A stretch of DNA of 64,000 nucleotides from an uncultured bacterium (GCA_964410905.1 CAYPIR010000001.1:85861-149860), one strand, 5' to 3'; shown: positions 1 through 11,485, counted from the stretch's first letter. The notes: generated by a model not told the origin, from the sequence alone. Program-made: numbers and translations.

Positions 1-936
1 TCCTTTTTCTACGTGAGTTTTCATTACAAGCCATTCGTCTTTAGTCAATTTTCCGGGTTTACAAAGAATATGGTCAGGAATTCCGATTTTTCCAACATCA
101 TGCAGAATAAGCGCCGCCGATAAAAACTGCTTCAGTTCTCCAGTCAAATCCATTCCCATATCCTGCGCGGTCATCATTCCAAGCCGTTCGACTTCTGAGA
201 CATGTCCGAAAATTGACGGCTCTTTAGTGTGAACTTCTTCCGCAAGCGAACTCATAATTTCATAATATGTTTGCTGTTCTTTGACGCGCATTTGCTCAAT
301 TTCTTTGAGACGCTCAGCAAGTTCTTGATTTTGCGCCAAAAGGTTTTGATTATATTCCGCTGTCTTTACCGCCATAGCGCAATCGTGCGCCACCGTTTGA
401 AAAAAAACAACTTCTTGCGCCGTGAAACATCTGCCGTTTATCCTGCGCCCCAACATCAAGACCCCTATCAATTGTTCCTTGTAAAAACCAGGGACAAGCA
501 ATTCGACATTTAGCGTTCGCATCGTTTTTTGTATTGATACGAGGACATCGGCTTTTGAATTAGAAGCCATTCGGAACTCAGCTCGTGAAAGCATTTTTTT
601 TACATCTGAAGAAAATAAAAAATCTTTTTGAAATGGCAGTCTGCGTTTCGACATCGTAAACCACTCAACGAGAGGATGGTTCTTTTCGAATTTGACTAAA
701 CTGACGGGAAGTTTTTTGGACCCCTTTGAATTAACAAAAACATATCTGTCCTTGTGGGAATCCAAGGCAAGCATTGAGGCATGCGTGAGTCCAAACTGAC
801 GGGCAATAAACCGTGTTACAAGCGCGAGCAATCTATTGGGTCGCTTCAAACGAACCATACTTCTGGCAATATCTCGAAGCGCTTCTTGGTAGTCTATCTT
901 GTGATTTGTGTTTGTTTCCTTGCTTGCGGGTATCAT
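1..936 (-). CDS. GAF-domain HD-GYP phosphodiesterase (c-di-GMP), partial; C-terminus lies beyond the window start
   Basis: Minus-strand ATG at 936; translation ends ...LILHDVGKIGIPDHILCKPGKLTKDEWLVMKTHVEKG, the HD-GYP HD/GYP-region signature. Not in the ORF track because it touches the edge. Confidence 0.8.
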   Translation of the reverse strand, partial: MIPASKETNTNHKIDYQEALRDIARSMVRLKRPNRLLALVTRFIARQFGLTHASMLALDSHKDRYVFVNSKGSKKLPVSLVKFEKNHPLVEWFTMSKRRLPFQKDFLFSSDVKKMLSRAEFRMASNSKADVLVSIQKTMRTLNVELLVPGFYKEQLIGVLMLGRRINGRCFTAQEVVFFQTVAHDCAMAVKTAEYNQNLLAQNQELAERLKEIEQMRVKEQQTYYEIMSSLAEEVHTKEPSIFGHVSEVERLGMMTAQDMGMDLTGELKQFLSAALILHDVGKIGIPDHILCKPGKLTKDEWLVMKTHVEKG

Positions 937-954
937 TCAGTTTTTTTATCAACC

Positions 955-1326
955 TTACGAAGCCAGCTGTGCGAGTTTGTCTTGAACATCTTTTTCGAGA
1001 TATTCCAAACTTAATGGCTTTGTGATGTAATTGTCGGCACCAAGCCGTATAGCTTCTTCTATTTTTTCTTGAGTTTCCACTGCCGTTACCATCAACACGC
1101 GTATATGGGGATAAACCTCTTTGATTTTTCTAAGCGTTTGAAGACCGTCTAAATTAGGCATTTGAATATCAAGCAGCACTATATCAGGACAAAATATCGC
1201 GACTTTTTCAAATGCTCTTTGCCCGTCATGAGCAGTTTCGACTTTAAAATCACGGTCCTCAAAAAAAGATTTCAAAAATTCACATATTTCCACTTCATCA
1301 TCTACTATCAGCATTTTTTTGGCCAT
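955..1326 (-). CDS. Stand-alone response regulator receiver (CheY-like)
   Basis: 123 aa, MLIVDDE...LLDIQMPNLDG...ITKP receiver motifs, no output domain. Confidence 0.85.
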   Translation of the reverse strand: MAKKMLIVDDEVEICEFLKSFFEDRDFKVETAHDGQRAFEKVAIFCPDIVLLDIQMPNLDGLQTLRKIKEVYPHIRVLMVTAVETQEKIEEAIRLGADNYITKPLSLEYLEKDVQDKLAQLAS

Positions 1327-1346
1327 AAATTTCTCCTTTATTTATT

Positions 1347-2858
1347 TTAAATTGTTTGCGCTTTAAACACTTCTTCATCAGATGAGTTCGCTGATTGGTT
1401 TGATTCAGGCAATTGAATTATAAACATCGTTCCAATGCCAAGTTGGCTTTCAACTCTTACTGAACCACCGTATCTGTTAATAATTTGTTTCGTTACAAAG
1501 AGTCCAAGTCCGACAGCTTCATGTCGCGTCGTATAAAACGGATTGAAAATTTTATCAATACTCTCTTCCCCAATTCCCCGCCCCGTGTCGGAACAATAAA
1601 TTTCGATTAAATTTTCATTTTTCCGATATCGCAGCTCGACCGTGATTTTCCCGCCGCCAGAGACAGCCTCTACCGCGTTTAATAATAAGTTAAAGAACAA
1701 TTCGCGAATTTCCTGCTTATTTGCGTAATATTGAGGTAGCTCCGGATCAAGATTTCTCACAACCTCAATCCCATCAAGCGATGCCTGATATGCCAATAAC
1801 GCGAGCGTCTCGTCTAAAACCTTTTCAAGAGATACATATTCACAAGACGACTTAGTTTCTTGAGAATAAATAAGCAGCTTCTTTGTAATATCGGCAGCTC
1901 TTCGCGTTTGTTTAACTATTGTATTTAACGCGTCTTGAACTTTAGGGTCAAGACTCTTTGCCCCGCGCTGCATAAGAATAACCTGCGCCTTGCCGGAAAT
2001 AATCGCAAGCGGGTTGTGAATTTCGTGCGCAATCCCCGCCGCAAGCTTCTCAATGGCGTTTTGTTTTGTTTTTTGAATCCACTGCGATTGCGAATCCTGC
2101 AATTCATTGTTTATTTCGCGCAAACGCCGGACAACCATGGCGTTTTGAACGCAAGGAGCAATTTGTTCCGCGAATTTTCTAAAAATATGAAAATCCGTTT
2201 GATCAAAAATGGTCTCAGGGGTTTTTGCGCCAAATGCCAGAAAACCAATCAAGTTATCTTTAATAAAAAGCGGAGCGATCCAACCCGCTTGAAGCCCATC
2301 TAAATCTTTTGACAATTCATTTGCTTTCTGCCAAGTCAGACTCCGCAAAAGCGTGTCGCGCACAAGAATGTGCTGTCCCGCTTGATATATTGATTTAACT
2401 AGAAGAGAGTCTGATGAAATGCGGATTTTTTTTGACCTGGAAAGCTGCCAGCCGTATTGAGCAACTATTTCGTATTGATTTTGAATAGAATCAGATGTAA
2501 GTAGCGCGACCGTTTTGAGTCTAAACACATCGCCAAAAGTATTCACTACCAAATTAGCAACTTCTTGCAAATCCAAATTAACGACAAGATCTTTTACTAA
2601 ATCCGAAAGAGACACTTGAGCGAATGTTTTTTTTTGAAAAAAATACTTTTCGAGCAGCGCCTTTATTAAAAGATCAGCGGGTTTATACGCCGCGATAAAA
2701 ACAACCGTCATTAAAAAAATAGGGGAAAAAGGATGCCTTACCCAATACGAATAAGACTCATTCGCGAAACAAGAAATAAGATAAGAAACAAATGTCCCCA
2801 CGCAAAAAAGTGCCAACCCCACTAAGATTTTTCTTAAAATAATTTTGGGAGGTTTCAT
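1347..2858 (-). CDS. Sensor histidine kinase (2 N-terminal TM segments, GAF-like sensor, HisKA, HATPase_c)
   Basis: H-box AAGIAHEIHNPL; N/G-box region NLLLNAVEA...GTGIGE..GLGLF. Confidence 0.85.
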   Translation of the reverse strand: MKPPKIILRKILVGLALFCVGTFVSYLISCFANESYSYWVRHPFSPIFLMTVVFIAAYKPADLLIKALLEKYFFQKKTFAQVSLSDLVKDLVVNLDLQEVANLVVNTFGDVFRLKTVALLTSDSIQNQYEIVAQYGWQLSRSKKIRISSDSLLVKSIYQAGQHILVRDTLLRSLTWQKANELSKDLDGLQAGWIAPLFIKDNLIGFLAFGAKTPETIFDQTDFHIFRKFAEQIAPCVQNAMVVRRLREINNELQDSQSQWIQKTKQNAIEKLAAGIAHEIHNPLAIISGKAQVILMQRGAKSLDPKVQDALNTIVKQTRRAADITKKLLIYSQETKSSCEYVSLEKVLDETLALLAYQASLDGIEVVRNLDPELPQYYANKQEIRELFFNLLLNAVEAVSGGGKITVELRYRKNENLIEIYCSDTGRGIGEESIDKIFNPFYTTRHEAVGLGLFVTKQIINRYGGSVRVESQLGIGTMFIIQLPESNQSANSSDEEVFKAQTI

Positions 2859-2865
2859 TAGTCCT

Positions 2866-5697
2866 TCACCTTTTTATCGCCTCAACGCATTTTGGGCAAA
2901 GTTCGGAATGTTCTGAACTTTCTCCGATTTTCACGGAATAATTCCAACATCTTACGCATTTCTTTCCTTCGGCTTTTTCCACGCAAACATTAAACGGGAT
3001 TTTACGCTTCAAATTAACCGAAACCGACTCTGCAGCTTCCATTTTGGAATCAGCCTTGTCCGCGACCAAAACCTGCGACACGACAAATACACGCGGCAAT
3101 TCTTTTGCGTATTTCTTTAAAATCCGAAGCGTCTCGTCATCCGATGTAGCCAAAGTGACTTTAGCTTCAAGCCCGGCGCCAATCACTTTTGCTTCTCTTT
3201 GTTTTTCCAAAAACGGCGTAACGGTATTTCTGATTTCGCGGACAACTTCCCATTCGTTAAACACCTCCTCAGATTTAACTTCATCGATTTTGGGCCATTC
3301 GCTCGCGTGAACTGTAGTTTGTCCGTCTTCAAAACTATACGCCTTCCAAACTTCATCCGCCGTAAAAGAAAGTATCGGCGCGACCAATTTAACAAGTTTT
3401 TTCAAAATATCGTATAAAACCGTTTGCGCGGAACGGCGAAGCCAAGAATTAGGAGCGTCCGTATAAAGCGTATCTTTTAAGGCATCAAGATAATACGCGC
3501 TTAAATCGACGACGCAAAACTCATAAATTTCTCTGTAAATTTGATGAAATTCAAAATTTTCATAAAGTTTTGTTACGCGGCAAGCCAGTTGTTCCGCCTT
3601 CACTTTCGCCCAAACATCAAGCGGATGAAGCGCGTCATTTGGCACCGCGTGCTTTGTTACGTCAAAATCATAAAGATTGGATAAAAGGTATCTAAATGTA
3701 TTGCGGATTTTTCTATACGCGTCAACAAGCTGCTTCAAAATATCTTTGGAAAGTCTGACATCAAATTGATAATCGCAAGACGCTACCCAAAGTCGTAAAA
3801 CATCGGCGCCGAAGTCTTTCATAACTTCTTGCGGCGTTACGACATTGCCGGCGGACTTTGACATTTTCTTTCCCTGCCCGTCCATTACAAAACCGTGCGT
3901 CAAAACATTTCTGAATGAGCTTTGCTCTTCTATAGCAATGGCTGTGGTAAGCGAACTTTGAAACCAGCCGCGGTGCTGGTCCGAGCCTTCCAAATATAGA
4001 TGCGCTGGAAATTCTACTCCATCGCGAAGTTTTAAAACGGCTTGATGACTTACTCCAGAATCAAACCAAACATCAATTATGTCCGTCTCTTTTTCAAACT
4101 CATTTTGACCGCATTTCGGACATTTAATGCCATTTGGTAAGAAATCCGAGACAGGACGAGCAAACCACGCGTCAGCGCTTTCGCGGGCAAAAATTTCCAA
4201 AATTTTGTCTTTAGACTCTTTAACAAAATGGACATTCGCGCAATGCTTGCAGCGTATAACGGGAATTGGAACTCCCCAATATCTTTGGCGGGAAAGACAC
4301 CACTCGGGGCGAGTTTCAACCATTCCTTTAATGCGGTTTCGTCCCCATTCGGGAATAAACTTAATATCTTTATCAATCGCGTTTAACATTTTTTTACGCA
4401 AATCATTGTGGTCGATTTTCATAAACCATTGCGTGGTCGCTCTAAAAATAATTGGCTTTTTGCACCGCCAGCAATGCGGATAACTGTGCGCGTGTTCCTC
4501 TTCTTTTAAAAGCAAATTTTTACCCGCTAATAATTCTGTAATTTTAGGATTCGCCTTAAAGACATGTTCTCCCTGCATCAGAGCAAATTCCGCGGTATAT
4601 TTCCCGCGAGAATCCACAGGCGAAACTATCGGAAGCCCGCGCTCAAGATGCCCATATTTATAGTCGTCTTCGCCATGACCCGGCGCGATATGAACAATTC
4701 CCGTTCCATCCTCACTCGACACGTAATCAGCGGTAATAATTTCCCCTTTTCTATCAATAAAAGGATGCTGATACAAAAGTCCATCTAACGCCTGCCCTTG
4801 CAGCGTATTTATGATTTTAAAACCGCTTAAGTCGATTTTGCCAGCCAGCTTATCTTCCAATGCTTTCGCGAAAATAAAAACCTCATCATCTTTCTGCGAC
4901 AACACATATTCAAGTTCAGGATGAACCGCCGCTCCGACATTTGCCGGCAAAGTCCAAGGCGTTGTCGTCCAAACCAACACATAAACTTTTTTATCATTTG
5001 GGATTTTTAATTTCGCGTTAGATTCAGGCAGCAGCGGAAACCGGACATAAACAGATTTTGAAATTTTGTCCTCATACTCAAGCTCCGCCTCGGCAAGCGC
5101 CGTGTCGCAGTCGTAGCACCAAGCGACAGGTTTCAAGCGCTGCTCAATAAATCCTTTTTCATACAGTTTTAAAAATGACGCCGCGATCGCGGTTTGAAAC
5201 TCATAATTCATCGTGAGATACGGGTTATCCCATTCGCCAAAAACTCCAAGCCGCTTAAAACCTTCCTTCTGATGCGCGACAAATCTCTCGGCATACGCGC
5301 GCGCGACTTTGCGAAACTCGACACGATCAACTTCTTCTTTACGTTTTCCCATTTCCTTAAGACACGCGTGCTCGATTGGAAGTCCATGACAGTCCCAGCC
5401 GGGAATATACAGCGAATCAAATCCCCGCATAGTCCGATACTTCACTATCAAATCTTTTAAAATTTTATTTAACGCGTGTCCAATGTGAATATTGCCGTTG
5501 GCGTATGGCGGACCGTCATGCAAAACATATTTAGGCTTGTCTTTGGATTTTGCTCGAATCGCCTTGTAAACACCTTCCGCCTCCCAACTTTTAAGCATTT
5601 CCGGTTCTCGCGCGGCAAGATTCGCCTTCATAGAAAACGAAGTTTGCGGAAGATTAAGAGTGTCTTTGTATTTTTTTTGTTCTAAATTTTCTGACAT
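2866..5697 (-). CDS. ileS: Isoleucyl-tRNA synthetase
   Basis: 943 aa; [16 protein letters not shown] (HIGH), KMSKS, C-terminal Cys zinc-binding cluster. Confidence 0.95.
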   Translation of the reverse strand: MSENLEQKKYKDTLNLPQTSFSMKANLAAREPEMLKSWEAEGVYKAIRAKSKDKPKYVLHDGPPYANGNIHIGHALNKILKDLIVKYRTMRGFDSLYIPGWDCHGLPIEHACLKEMGKRKEEVDRVEFRKVARAYAERFVAHQKEGFKRLGVFGEWDNPYLTMNYEFQTAIAASFLKLYEKGFIEQRLKPVAWCYDCDTALAEAELEYEDKISKSVYVRFPLLPESNAKLKIPNDKKVYVLVWTTTPWTLPANVGAAVHPELEYVLSQKDDEVFIFAKALEDKLAGKIDLSGFKIINTLQGQALDGLLYQHPFIDRKGEIITADYVSSEDGTGIVHIAPGHGEDDYKYGHLERGLPIVSPVDSRGKYTAEFALMQGEHVFKANPKITELLAGKNLLLKEEEHAHSYPHCWRCKKPIIFRATTQWFMKIDHNDLRKKMLNAIDKDIKFIPEWGRNRIKGMVETRPEWCLSRQRYWGVPIPVIRCKHCANVHFVKESKDKILEIFARESADAWFARPVSDFLPNGIKCPKCGQNEFEKETDIIDVWFDSGVSHQAVLKLRDGVEFPAHLYLEGSDQHRGWFQSSLTTAIAIEEQSSFRNVLTHGFVMDGQGKKMSKSAGNVVTPQEVMKDFGADVLRLWVASCDYQFDVRLSKDILKQLVDAYRKIRNTFRYLLSNLYDFDVTKHAVPNDALHPLDVWAKVKAEQLACRVTKLYENFEFHQIYREIYEFCVVDLSAYYLDALKDTLYTDAPNSWLRRSAQTVLYDILKKLVKLVAPILSFTADEVWKAYSFEDGQTTVHASEWPKIDEVKSEEVFNEWEVVREIRNTVTPFLEKQREAKVIGAGLEAKVTLATSDDETLRILKKYAKELPRVFVVSQVLVADKADSKMEAAESVSVNLKRKIPFNVCVEKAEGKKCVRCWNYSVKIGESSEHSELCPKCVEAIKR

Positions 5698-5710
5698 ATT
5701 TAAAATTGCC

Positions 5711-6568
5711 TTATTTTGAATTTAATTTTGAAATAACCGAGGTAATCAATGTATCAAGTCTTGGCCCCGCCGCGTTTGCCGTCTTTATAATTTCTTTAAT
5801 ATCGCATGGTGAAAGGTTGTCGGGATCGCACAAATCCGTAACAACGCTAAAGCCCAAAACTTCCATACCCATATGAATCGCGGCTATCACTTCCGGCACT
5901 GTGGACATTCCAACCAAATCCGCGCCGAACCCCCTCATCATCCGATATTCCGCGCGCGTTTCGAGACAAGGGCCTGACACTCCGATATAAACTCCCCGCC
6001 TAATAGAAATTTTATTTTCCAGCGCCGCGTCGTTTGCGATATTCAAAAGCCGTTTTGAAAACGGCTCGTTCATATCAGGAAACCGCGGTCCAAGTTTATC
6101 AATATTAGGTCCGACAAGCGGATTCGCGCCCATGAAATTAATTTGATCTTCAATAACAACAATGTCGCCTTTTTGAAAAGCAAGATTGAGTCCTCCGGCA
6201 GCATTAGAAACTATCAAAATTTTAACGCCAAGTCCGCGCAGCACGCGTATAGGAAATGTTACTTCATTAAGCGAGTAACCTTCATAAAAATGGAACCTGC
6301 CTTCCATTGCCGCTACTTTTTTTCCGCCCAACTCACCCAGTATCAGCTTCCCGCTATGCGATTCTACGGTAACTTTTGGAAAATGCGGCAGACTCGAATA
6401 CTCAAAAACAGTTTTATTTTTAATTTTACTAGAAGTATTCCCGAGTCCGGTTCCTAAAACCAGTGCGACATCTGGAATAAAATCTGTTTTTTCTCTTATA
6501 AGCGCAACCGTTTCTCGAATTTTTTCAAACTCGTGACTTGGGTCTTTTTCAAACCGTTTCATCGCCAT
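5711..6568 (-). CDS. Purine nucleoside phosphorylase (PNP/MTAP family, PunA-like)
   Basis: 285 aa; [23 protein letters not shown] motifs typical of PNP-I family. Confidence 0.8.
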   Translation of the reverse strand: MAMKRFEKDPSHEFEKIRETVALIREKTDFIPDVALVLGTGLGNTSSKIKNKTVFEYSSLPHFPKVTVESHSGKLILGELGGKKVAAMEGRFHFYEGYSLNEVTFPIRVLRGLGVKILIVSNAAGGLNLAFQKGDIVVIEDQINFMGANPLVGPNIDKLGPRFPDMNEPFSKRLLNIANDAALENKISIRRGVYIGVSGPCLETRAEYRMMRGFGADLVGMSTVPEVIAAIHMGMEVLGFSVVTDLCDPDNLSPCDIKEIIKTANAAGPRLDTLITSVISKLNSK

Positions 6569-6571
6569 AAT

Positions 6572-6871
6572 TTATCTGCCAAAATAATAGGCACAGTGAA
6601 TGAGAATTGTTACCAAAATTCGATTAGTTACATAAAGCGCGAAAAACGCGACTATAGGCGATAAATCCAACATTCCAATTTGCAAGGGAAGCTTTTTTAA
6701 TGGCTGCAAAATAGGATCAGTAATTTGTGTTAAAAATTGCACAAGGCTTGAATATGGATCTACCGGCAACCATGAAATAATAATTCGCGCGAAAAGCAGC
6801 CAATAAAGAAGCGTGCAAACACCGTTTACAAGCATAGCCAGGCCTTGAAATAAAATATCTAAAATAAACAT
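6572..6871 (-). CDS. YggT family membrane protein
   Basis: 99 aa, ARIIISWLP-type YggT motif, position next to proC/yggS. Confidence 0.75.
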   Translation of the reverse strand: MFILDILFQGLAMLVNGVCTLLYWLLFARIIISWLPVDPYSSLVQFLTQITDPILQPLKKLPLQIGMLDLSPIVAFFALYVTNRILVTILIHCAYYFGR

Positions 6872-7686
6872 TATTTTCCCTTCCGAAGTTCGCGGCTTCT
6901 TGTCATCGCCGCTTTCATCGCAGTCTTAAATCCGTTCGCGAATTTTTTGCGTTTTAAAGTTTGAAGAGCGGCATCAGTTGTCCCTTTTTTTGATGTAACC
7001 ATCTCGCGAAGTTGCGCAGTCGAAAAATCTGAGGACTTGGCAACGAGCGCCGCGCCAATCCCCGTCTGAATAGCAAGCAGCCTCGCGACAGAATTATGTA
7101 AACCGTTTTGAATGCCAAATTCTTCCATTAACTCCATCATATAAAAAAAATACGCCGGGCCGCTGCCGCTTAAGGCCGTAACCAAATCTAAATGTTTTTC
7201 GTCCAAAATAGCGACTTCGCCGCAACCGGAAAAGAAAACCTTAGAAAATAAAAGCGCCTGTTTTGAAGCGCTGGAAACCGCTGTCATTCCCGCGCCAACT
7301 TTCGCTCCCAAGTTCGGCATAGCGCGAACTATTGATATTTCTTCGCCTATTGCGGCTTTTATTTTCGCGATTGTCATTCCCGCCAAAATGGAGATAAGCC
7401 ATTTTTTTTCTGTCCAAAACTTCTTATTTTCACTGGCAAAAACGGCAAAATCCTGCGGCTTCATTGCGATTAGGACAACGTCAGATTTTTTAATAAGCTC
7501 TTCTGTTGAACTTACCAAATTTACTCGCGTTTTTTTTGCAAAATCCTTCAGTTTTTTGGCGTCTTTATCGAAAACAAAAATATTTTGAGGCGTCGTCAGA
7601 CCTTTGGAAATAACTCCTTCCAAAATAGAGGAGCCCATATTGCCTACGCCGATTACGCCTATTTTCTTGTTCCCCAATGTTTTCAT
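6871..7686 (-). CDS. proC: Pyrroline-5-carboxylate reductase
   Basis: 271 aa, KIGVIGVGNMG Rossmann start, ProC-like C-terminal dimerisation domain. Confidence 0.9.
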   Translation of the reverse strand: MKTLGNKKIGVIGVGNMGSSILEGVISKGLTTPQNIFVFDKDAKKLKDFAKKTRVNLVSSTEELIKKSDVVLIAMKPQDFAVFASENKKFWTEKKWLISILAGMTIAKIKAAIGEEISIVRAMPNLGAKVGAGMTAVSSASKQALLFSKVFFSGCGEVAILDEKHLDLVTALSGSGPAYFFYMMELMEEFGIQNGLHNSVARLLAIQTGIGAALVAKSSDFSTAQLREMVTSKKGTTDAALQTLKRKKFANGFKTAMKAAMTRSRELRKGK

Positions 7687-7687
7687 T

Positions 7688-8377
7688 TTACATTTTCTCC
7701 CTAGGAAAAATTAAGGACCCGATTCTAAGCATATTTGAGCCTTCTTCAAGAGCAATTCTATAGTCTTGAGACATTCCCATCGATATAGTTCGCCAGTCCC
7801 ATATTGGAAATTTTTGCTTAAAATTCTCAAATATTTTCCGGACATTTTTAAAACAGTCGCGAATTGCAATTTCATCTTCAGTGAGCGGCCCAATTGCCAT
7901 TAGCCCTTTTATATCAATTTCCGGAATTTTCGCGATTTGAGAAAGTATTTCTTCCGCCTCGTCAATTGCCGCGCCGGACTTCGTCTCTTCCCCTGAAGCG
8001 TTGATTTGAAAAAGACAAGCAACTTTCGCTATGTTTTTATTTTTCGCCTGCTTCGCGATTTCATTAGCAAGTTCCACGCGGTCAAGAGAATGAATTAAAA
8101 AAACATTTCCAACGACATATTTTGCTTTATTCGTTTGGAGCTGTCCAATTAAGTGCCAACGAATATCTCGCGGCAACTCTATCGATTTATCTCTCCATTC
8201 TTGAACTCTATTTTCCCCAAAGTCTCTTTCCCCCGCCTCATATGCCTCTAAAATTTTTTCATTGCTAATAGTTTTAGTTACAACTATTAACTCCGCGTCA
8301 GATTTATCCCGTCCCAAAGATTCAAGCGTATTTTCAATATCTTGTCTTAAATTTTTAAGGCTATCCAAAACGCTCAC
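7688..8377 (-). CDS. YggS/PLPHP family pyridoxal-phosphate homeostasis protein
   Basis: 229 aa, ...VVTKT...GENRVQE motif of YggS alanine-racemase-N-like fold. Confidence 0.85.
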   Translation of the reverse strand: MSVLDSLKNLRQDIENTLESLGRDKSDAELIVVTKTISNEKILEAYEAGERDFGENRVQEWRDKSIELPRDIRWHLIGQLQTNKAKYVVGNVFLIHSLDRVELANEIAKQAKNKNIAKVACLFQINASGEETKSGAAIDEAEEILSQIAKIPEIDIKGLMAIGPLTEDEIAIRDCFKNVRKIFENFKQKFPIWDWRTISMGMSQDYRIALEEGSNMLRIGSLIFPREKM

Positions 8378-9336
8378 TTTGCTTCTCCCGGAGGATACGC
8401 TCCGCGGACTATTTCAAAAAGCTTTATTACTTGTTTTCTATCAATAAGAAAAACGCCCTGTTCTCCTTCAACCATTCCATAATACGAGTCTTTATCAGCA
8501 ATCTCATCGCCGAACTGAATTGTTTTTTGCTCTCCGTTCTCAAGCGTTACCATCACTCTGTCGTGTATCAGAAAAAAACCCATATCAGCGTTGGATTTTT
8601 TATTGTCATCGAGAAACTCTTTTTTATTAAGCCCTTGAATCGCGGACGTTACCGCTCTTATTTGAGACTCAGAAGTTTTATCACCAAACCTCGCGATCGG
8701 CTCAAACCAATACCAACTTTCCCCTTCCTTTTTCCACTGAACGCTATACGCGCCCATTTCAATATAAATTTTTGTCCATTCTTTTGCCGGAGCCCTAATT
8801 GCGCGTTTGGCTCTAATCGAATAAATTGTTTTATCAAATACGGTTTTCATCTCGGGCTGCCACAAAAAATATCCGCGTTCTCTTTTCCATTTAGCATAAA
8901 ACGCTTTTCCGATTGGAACATTCGCGCCGAGCAAAAGCGTCTCTGTTTTCCCGTCAGATAAAATCACATTAATTTCCATTCGCGGATCTTTTAAACCATA
9001 TTCATCCCAGTCTTTTTCCGCCCGCAACCGCGGCTGTTTGGACGCCATTTGGACAGCGGCAGCCATTGCTTCGGCCGCGCCGGATTCTAAGAATGAAAAA
9101 ACAGGTTTTCCCATTTCCCAATTCTGTTCAGTTTTAATCACAGTGAAATTGATATTCTTTTCATAATTAATGACATTAACGCTTTTCACCCATTTTTTAG
9201 TCCCAAGTTCTACCTGGCGGGCAATTTCATCAGGGATAATCCCGTAAGATTCAAGGGAAAGACGATTTTGATAAATATACGCGGCAGCAGCAGCGGCAAG
9301 CAGCAGCAGAAAAACAACCGTCCTAGAAATCTTCAT
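8374..9336 (-). CDS. Signal-peptide protein, DUF4340-like partner of GldG-type ABC systems (start probably at M17, MKISRTVVFLLLL)
   Basis: N-terminal signal peptide; position immediately downstream of GldG-like gene; no recognisable catalytic motif. Confidence 0.45.
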   Translation of the reverse strand: MKISRTVVFLLLLAAAAAAYIYQNRLSLESYGIIPDEIARQVELGTKKWVKSVNVINYEKNINFTVIKTEQNWEMGKPVFSFLESGAAEAMAAAVQMASKQPRLRAEKDWDEYGLKDPRMEINVILSDGKTETLLLGANVPIGKAFYAKWKRERGYFLWQPEMKTVFDKTIYSIRAKRAIRAPAKEWTKIYIEMGAYSVQWKKEGESWYWFEPIARFGDKTSESQIRAVTSAIQGLNKKEFLDDNKKSNADMGFFLIHDRVMVTLENGEQKTIQFGDEIADKDSYYGMVEGEQGVFLIDRKQVIKLFEIVRGAYPPGEAK

Positions 9337-10709
9337 GATGTCCTGCGTCTTATTACAATAAAAAGACCGCCGGCAACACAGCATAAAAGCGGATAAATAC
9401 CCAGCACAGAAACCAGCAGATAAAGCCGCTTGGAAGGGCTAATAAAAAGAGGTTTAAATTTTGTTTCGGGGCGTTTAACATCGACAAACCTGGTATCATC
9501 AGCAAGCCATTTAATCAGGTTAAGCCCAAACTGTTTATTCCCGGAAAGATCAAAATAAGCATTGGTCAAAAAATCACCGTCGCCAACAATAACCATTCGT
9601 TTTTTTACATCTTCCGCTTCATTTTTTCCCTTTTCTGTTTTTTCAACCGTAACGGCTATCGGAAGCGGCCCCGCGATATCCGCCTTAACATCAAAAGACG
9701 CTTCGCCATTTTCAAGCGCCGCAAAATTAGTTTCCGCCCAACTTCCTTCAGCCGTCATCGCGAGAGGCAAGACCTCAATCCCTTCAGGCGTATCGACAGA
9801 CGGCTGCGTAACGCGGACAAGCGGGAAAAAAGTTGCTTGGTCTAGGCCTTTTGATATTTCGTGTTTTTTAAGATATTTGCTCACAAGCGGCATCAAAAAA
9901 TCACCGCCGACAACTCGGCTGGATTTGTCCACTATAATATTCTTTCCCAAATCCACGCCATACCGCTTCGCGAAATTCACAAATGACTGCCCTTCATTCG
10001 GGTCCATCGGGTCAATCAAAACCAAAACCCCTTTCCCCGTTTCAAACGCTTTGTCCAAATCCGCAAATTCATCTTCTGTCAAATCCCAACGCGGTCCCGC
10101 GAGCGCGACAACCTGACAAGCTTCAGGGATATGGTCGCGAGAAAGAATTATCGATTGAACCCGCGTGTTGTAATCGCGCATCAAATTACGAAATCGTCTG
10201 TAACCTCCCGTCCCGTCATCATCAAGAGAAACCTCACCATGCCCCGCCGTAAAACAAACCGTAATATCCTTGGGATTTAAAATTCTTAGAAACGCGTTTG
10301 TAAAAGACTCCTCATTTATTCTGGATGTGAGACGCTCTTCTCTGCCAAGCGACACAATCACTACGGTGTTCGGTTCTGTAACATTAAACTTTTGCGCTAA
10401 CTTTGGGCGGCGGTTTGGATCATAAAAATCATATTTCAATTTCGAATGATACCTTTTACATTCCTTAAGAAACATTTCAAGACCGCGTTTCGCGGGATCG
10501 TCTTGCGGATAAAAAAGCATCATCTCAACGGGATTTTTTTTCAATTCCGTCAGCACTTCCACGGTCGTCTTAGGCAAAGAGTAGATTTTATCCCGCGTTA
10601 AATCCCATCTTTCACTAAAGGGCTGAATAACGGCATATACAAGCGTAATGGTCGCGAGTAAAACAAGAGCTTCGATAAAAAGCTGTGTTTTGAGCAAGAA
10701 TTGCTTCAT
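9333..10709 (-). CDS. GldG-like ABC-transporter auxiliary protein (N- and C-terminal TM anchors)
   Basis: About 460 aa, N-terminal TM, C-terminal TM (LLVSVLGIYPLLCCVAGGLFIVI), sits after ABC-2 permease and ATPase. Confidence 0.6.
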   Translation of the reverse strand: MKQFLLKTQLFIEALVLLATITLVYAVIQPFSERWDLTRDKIYSLPKTTVEVLTELKKNPVEMMLFYPQDDPAKRGLEMFLKECKRYHSKLKYDFYDPNRRPKLAQKFNVTEPNTVVIVSLGREERLTSRINEESFTNAFLRILNPKDITVCFTAGHGEVSLDDDGTGGYRRFRNLMRDYNTRVQSIILSRDHIPEACQVVALAGPRWDLTEDEFADLDKAFETGKGVLVLIDPMDPNEGQSFVNFAKRYGVDLGKNIIVDKSSRVVGGDFLMPLVSKYLKKHEISKGLDQATFFPLVRVTQPSVDTPEGIEVLPLAMTAEGSWAETNFAALENGEASFDVKADIAGPLPIAVTVEKTEKGKNEAEDVKKRMVIVGDGDFLTNAYFDLSGNKQFGLNLIKWLADDTRFVDVKRPETKFKPLFISPSKRLYLLVSVLGIYPLLCCVAGGLFIVIRRRTS

Positions 10710-11485
10710 CAGGTTTTCCAATTACGCGTTTCAATTGAGCGAATAGTTAGAAACAAAAAGTAGAAAAAGAAAAATCCAAAGTAAATCAAATCCCGAGCGT
10801 CTAAAACTCCCACTGTGAAATTGCGGTAATGTTCCAGCGGCGAAAGTTCAGAAAAAAATCTCGCGATAGGGCCTGTTACGGCATCGTCCGCCCAATCCAA
10901 AATCCAAAAAAGAACAAGCATTGAAAAACTTCCGAAGGCGCTGATCATGGGATTTTTCGTCAAACTCGAAATGAAAACGCCCGCCGATAAATACGCGCTC
11001 CCAAGCAGCCAAAAACCTAAAAATCCTAAAATCGCCGGCGACCAATCACATTCTCCGCCAATGGCCTCCAAAACAAATCCATACGCGGCAAGAGGAACAA
11101 CAAGCAGAGTAAAAAACGCCTGAAGTCCAAGCTGCTTTCCCGCGACTATTTCAAAATCCGAAAGCGGATAGGTAAAAAGAATTTCCAAAGTCTCTTGTCT
11201 GCGTTCTTCAGAAAACGCGCGCATTGTTAATACGGGAATAAGGAAGAGAAGCAAAATGCTTATATTGATAAAAAATGAGCCGAAGATGTATTGACTTTGA
11301 TTAAGTCCGGAAAAATTAGAAAGCCCAAACGCCTGCGGGTTTATTGATATTTTCGCGTAGTTGAGCGTTAGCATTGTAAAAAAAACGCCCGTTATAAAAA
11401 AAAATAAGACCGTCATCATAACGCCGATCCACGAGTGAAAAATATTTGCAAATTCCCGTCTCGCCAGAGTTAAAACCTTTTTCAT
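10709..11485 (-). CDS. ABC-2 type transporter permease (GldF-like)
   Basis: 258 aa, about 6 TM segments, operonic with the ATPase. Confidence 0.7.
   Translation of the reverse strand: MKKVLTLARREFANIFHSWIGVMMTVLFFFITGVFFTMLTLNYAKISINPQAFGLSNFSGLNQSQYIFGSFFINISILLLFLIPVLTMRAFSEERRQETLEILFTYPLSDFEIVAGKQLGLQAFFTLLVVPLAAYGFVLEAIGGECDWSPAILGFLGFWLLGSAYLSAGVFISSLTKNPMISAFGSFSMLVLFWILDWADDAVTGPIARFFSELSPLEHYRNFTVGVLDARDLIYFGFFFFYFLFLTIRSIETRNWKT

Noticed and set aside
229-513. 94-aa plus-strand ORF at the start of the window
   Set aside because: Antisense shadow inside the much better supported minus-strand GAF/HD-GYP gene; low-complexity translation.
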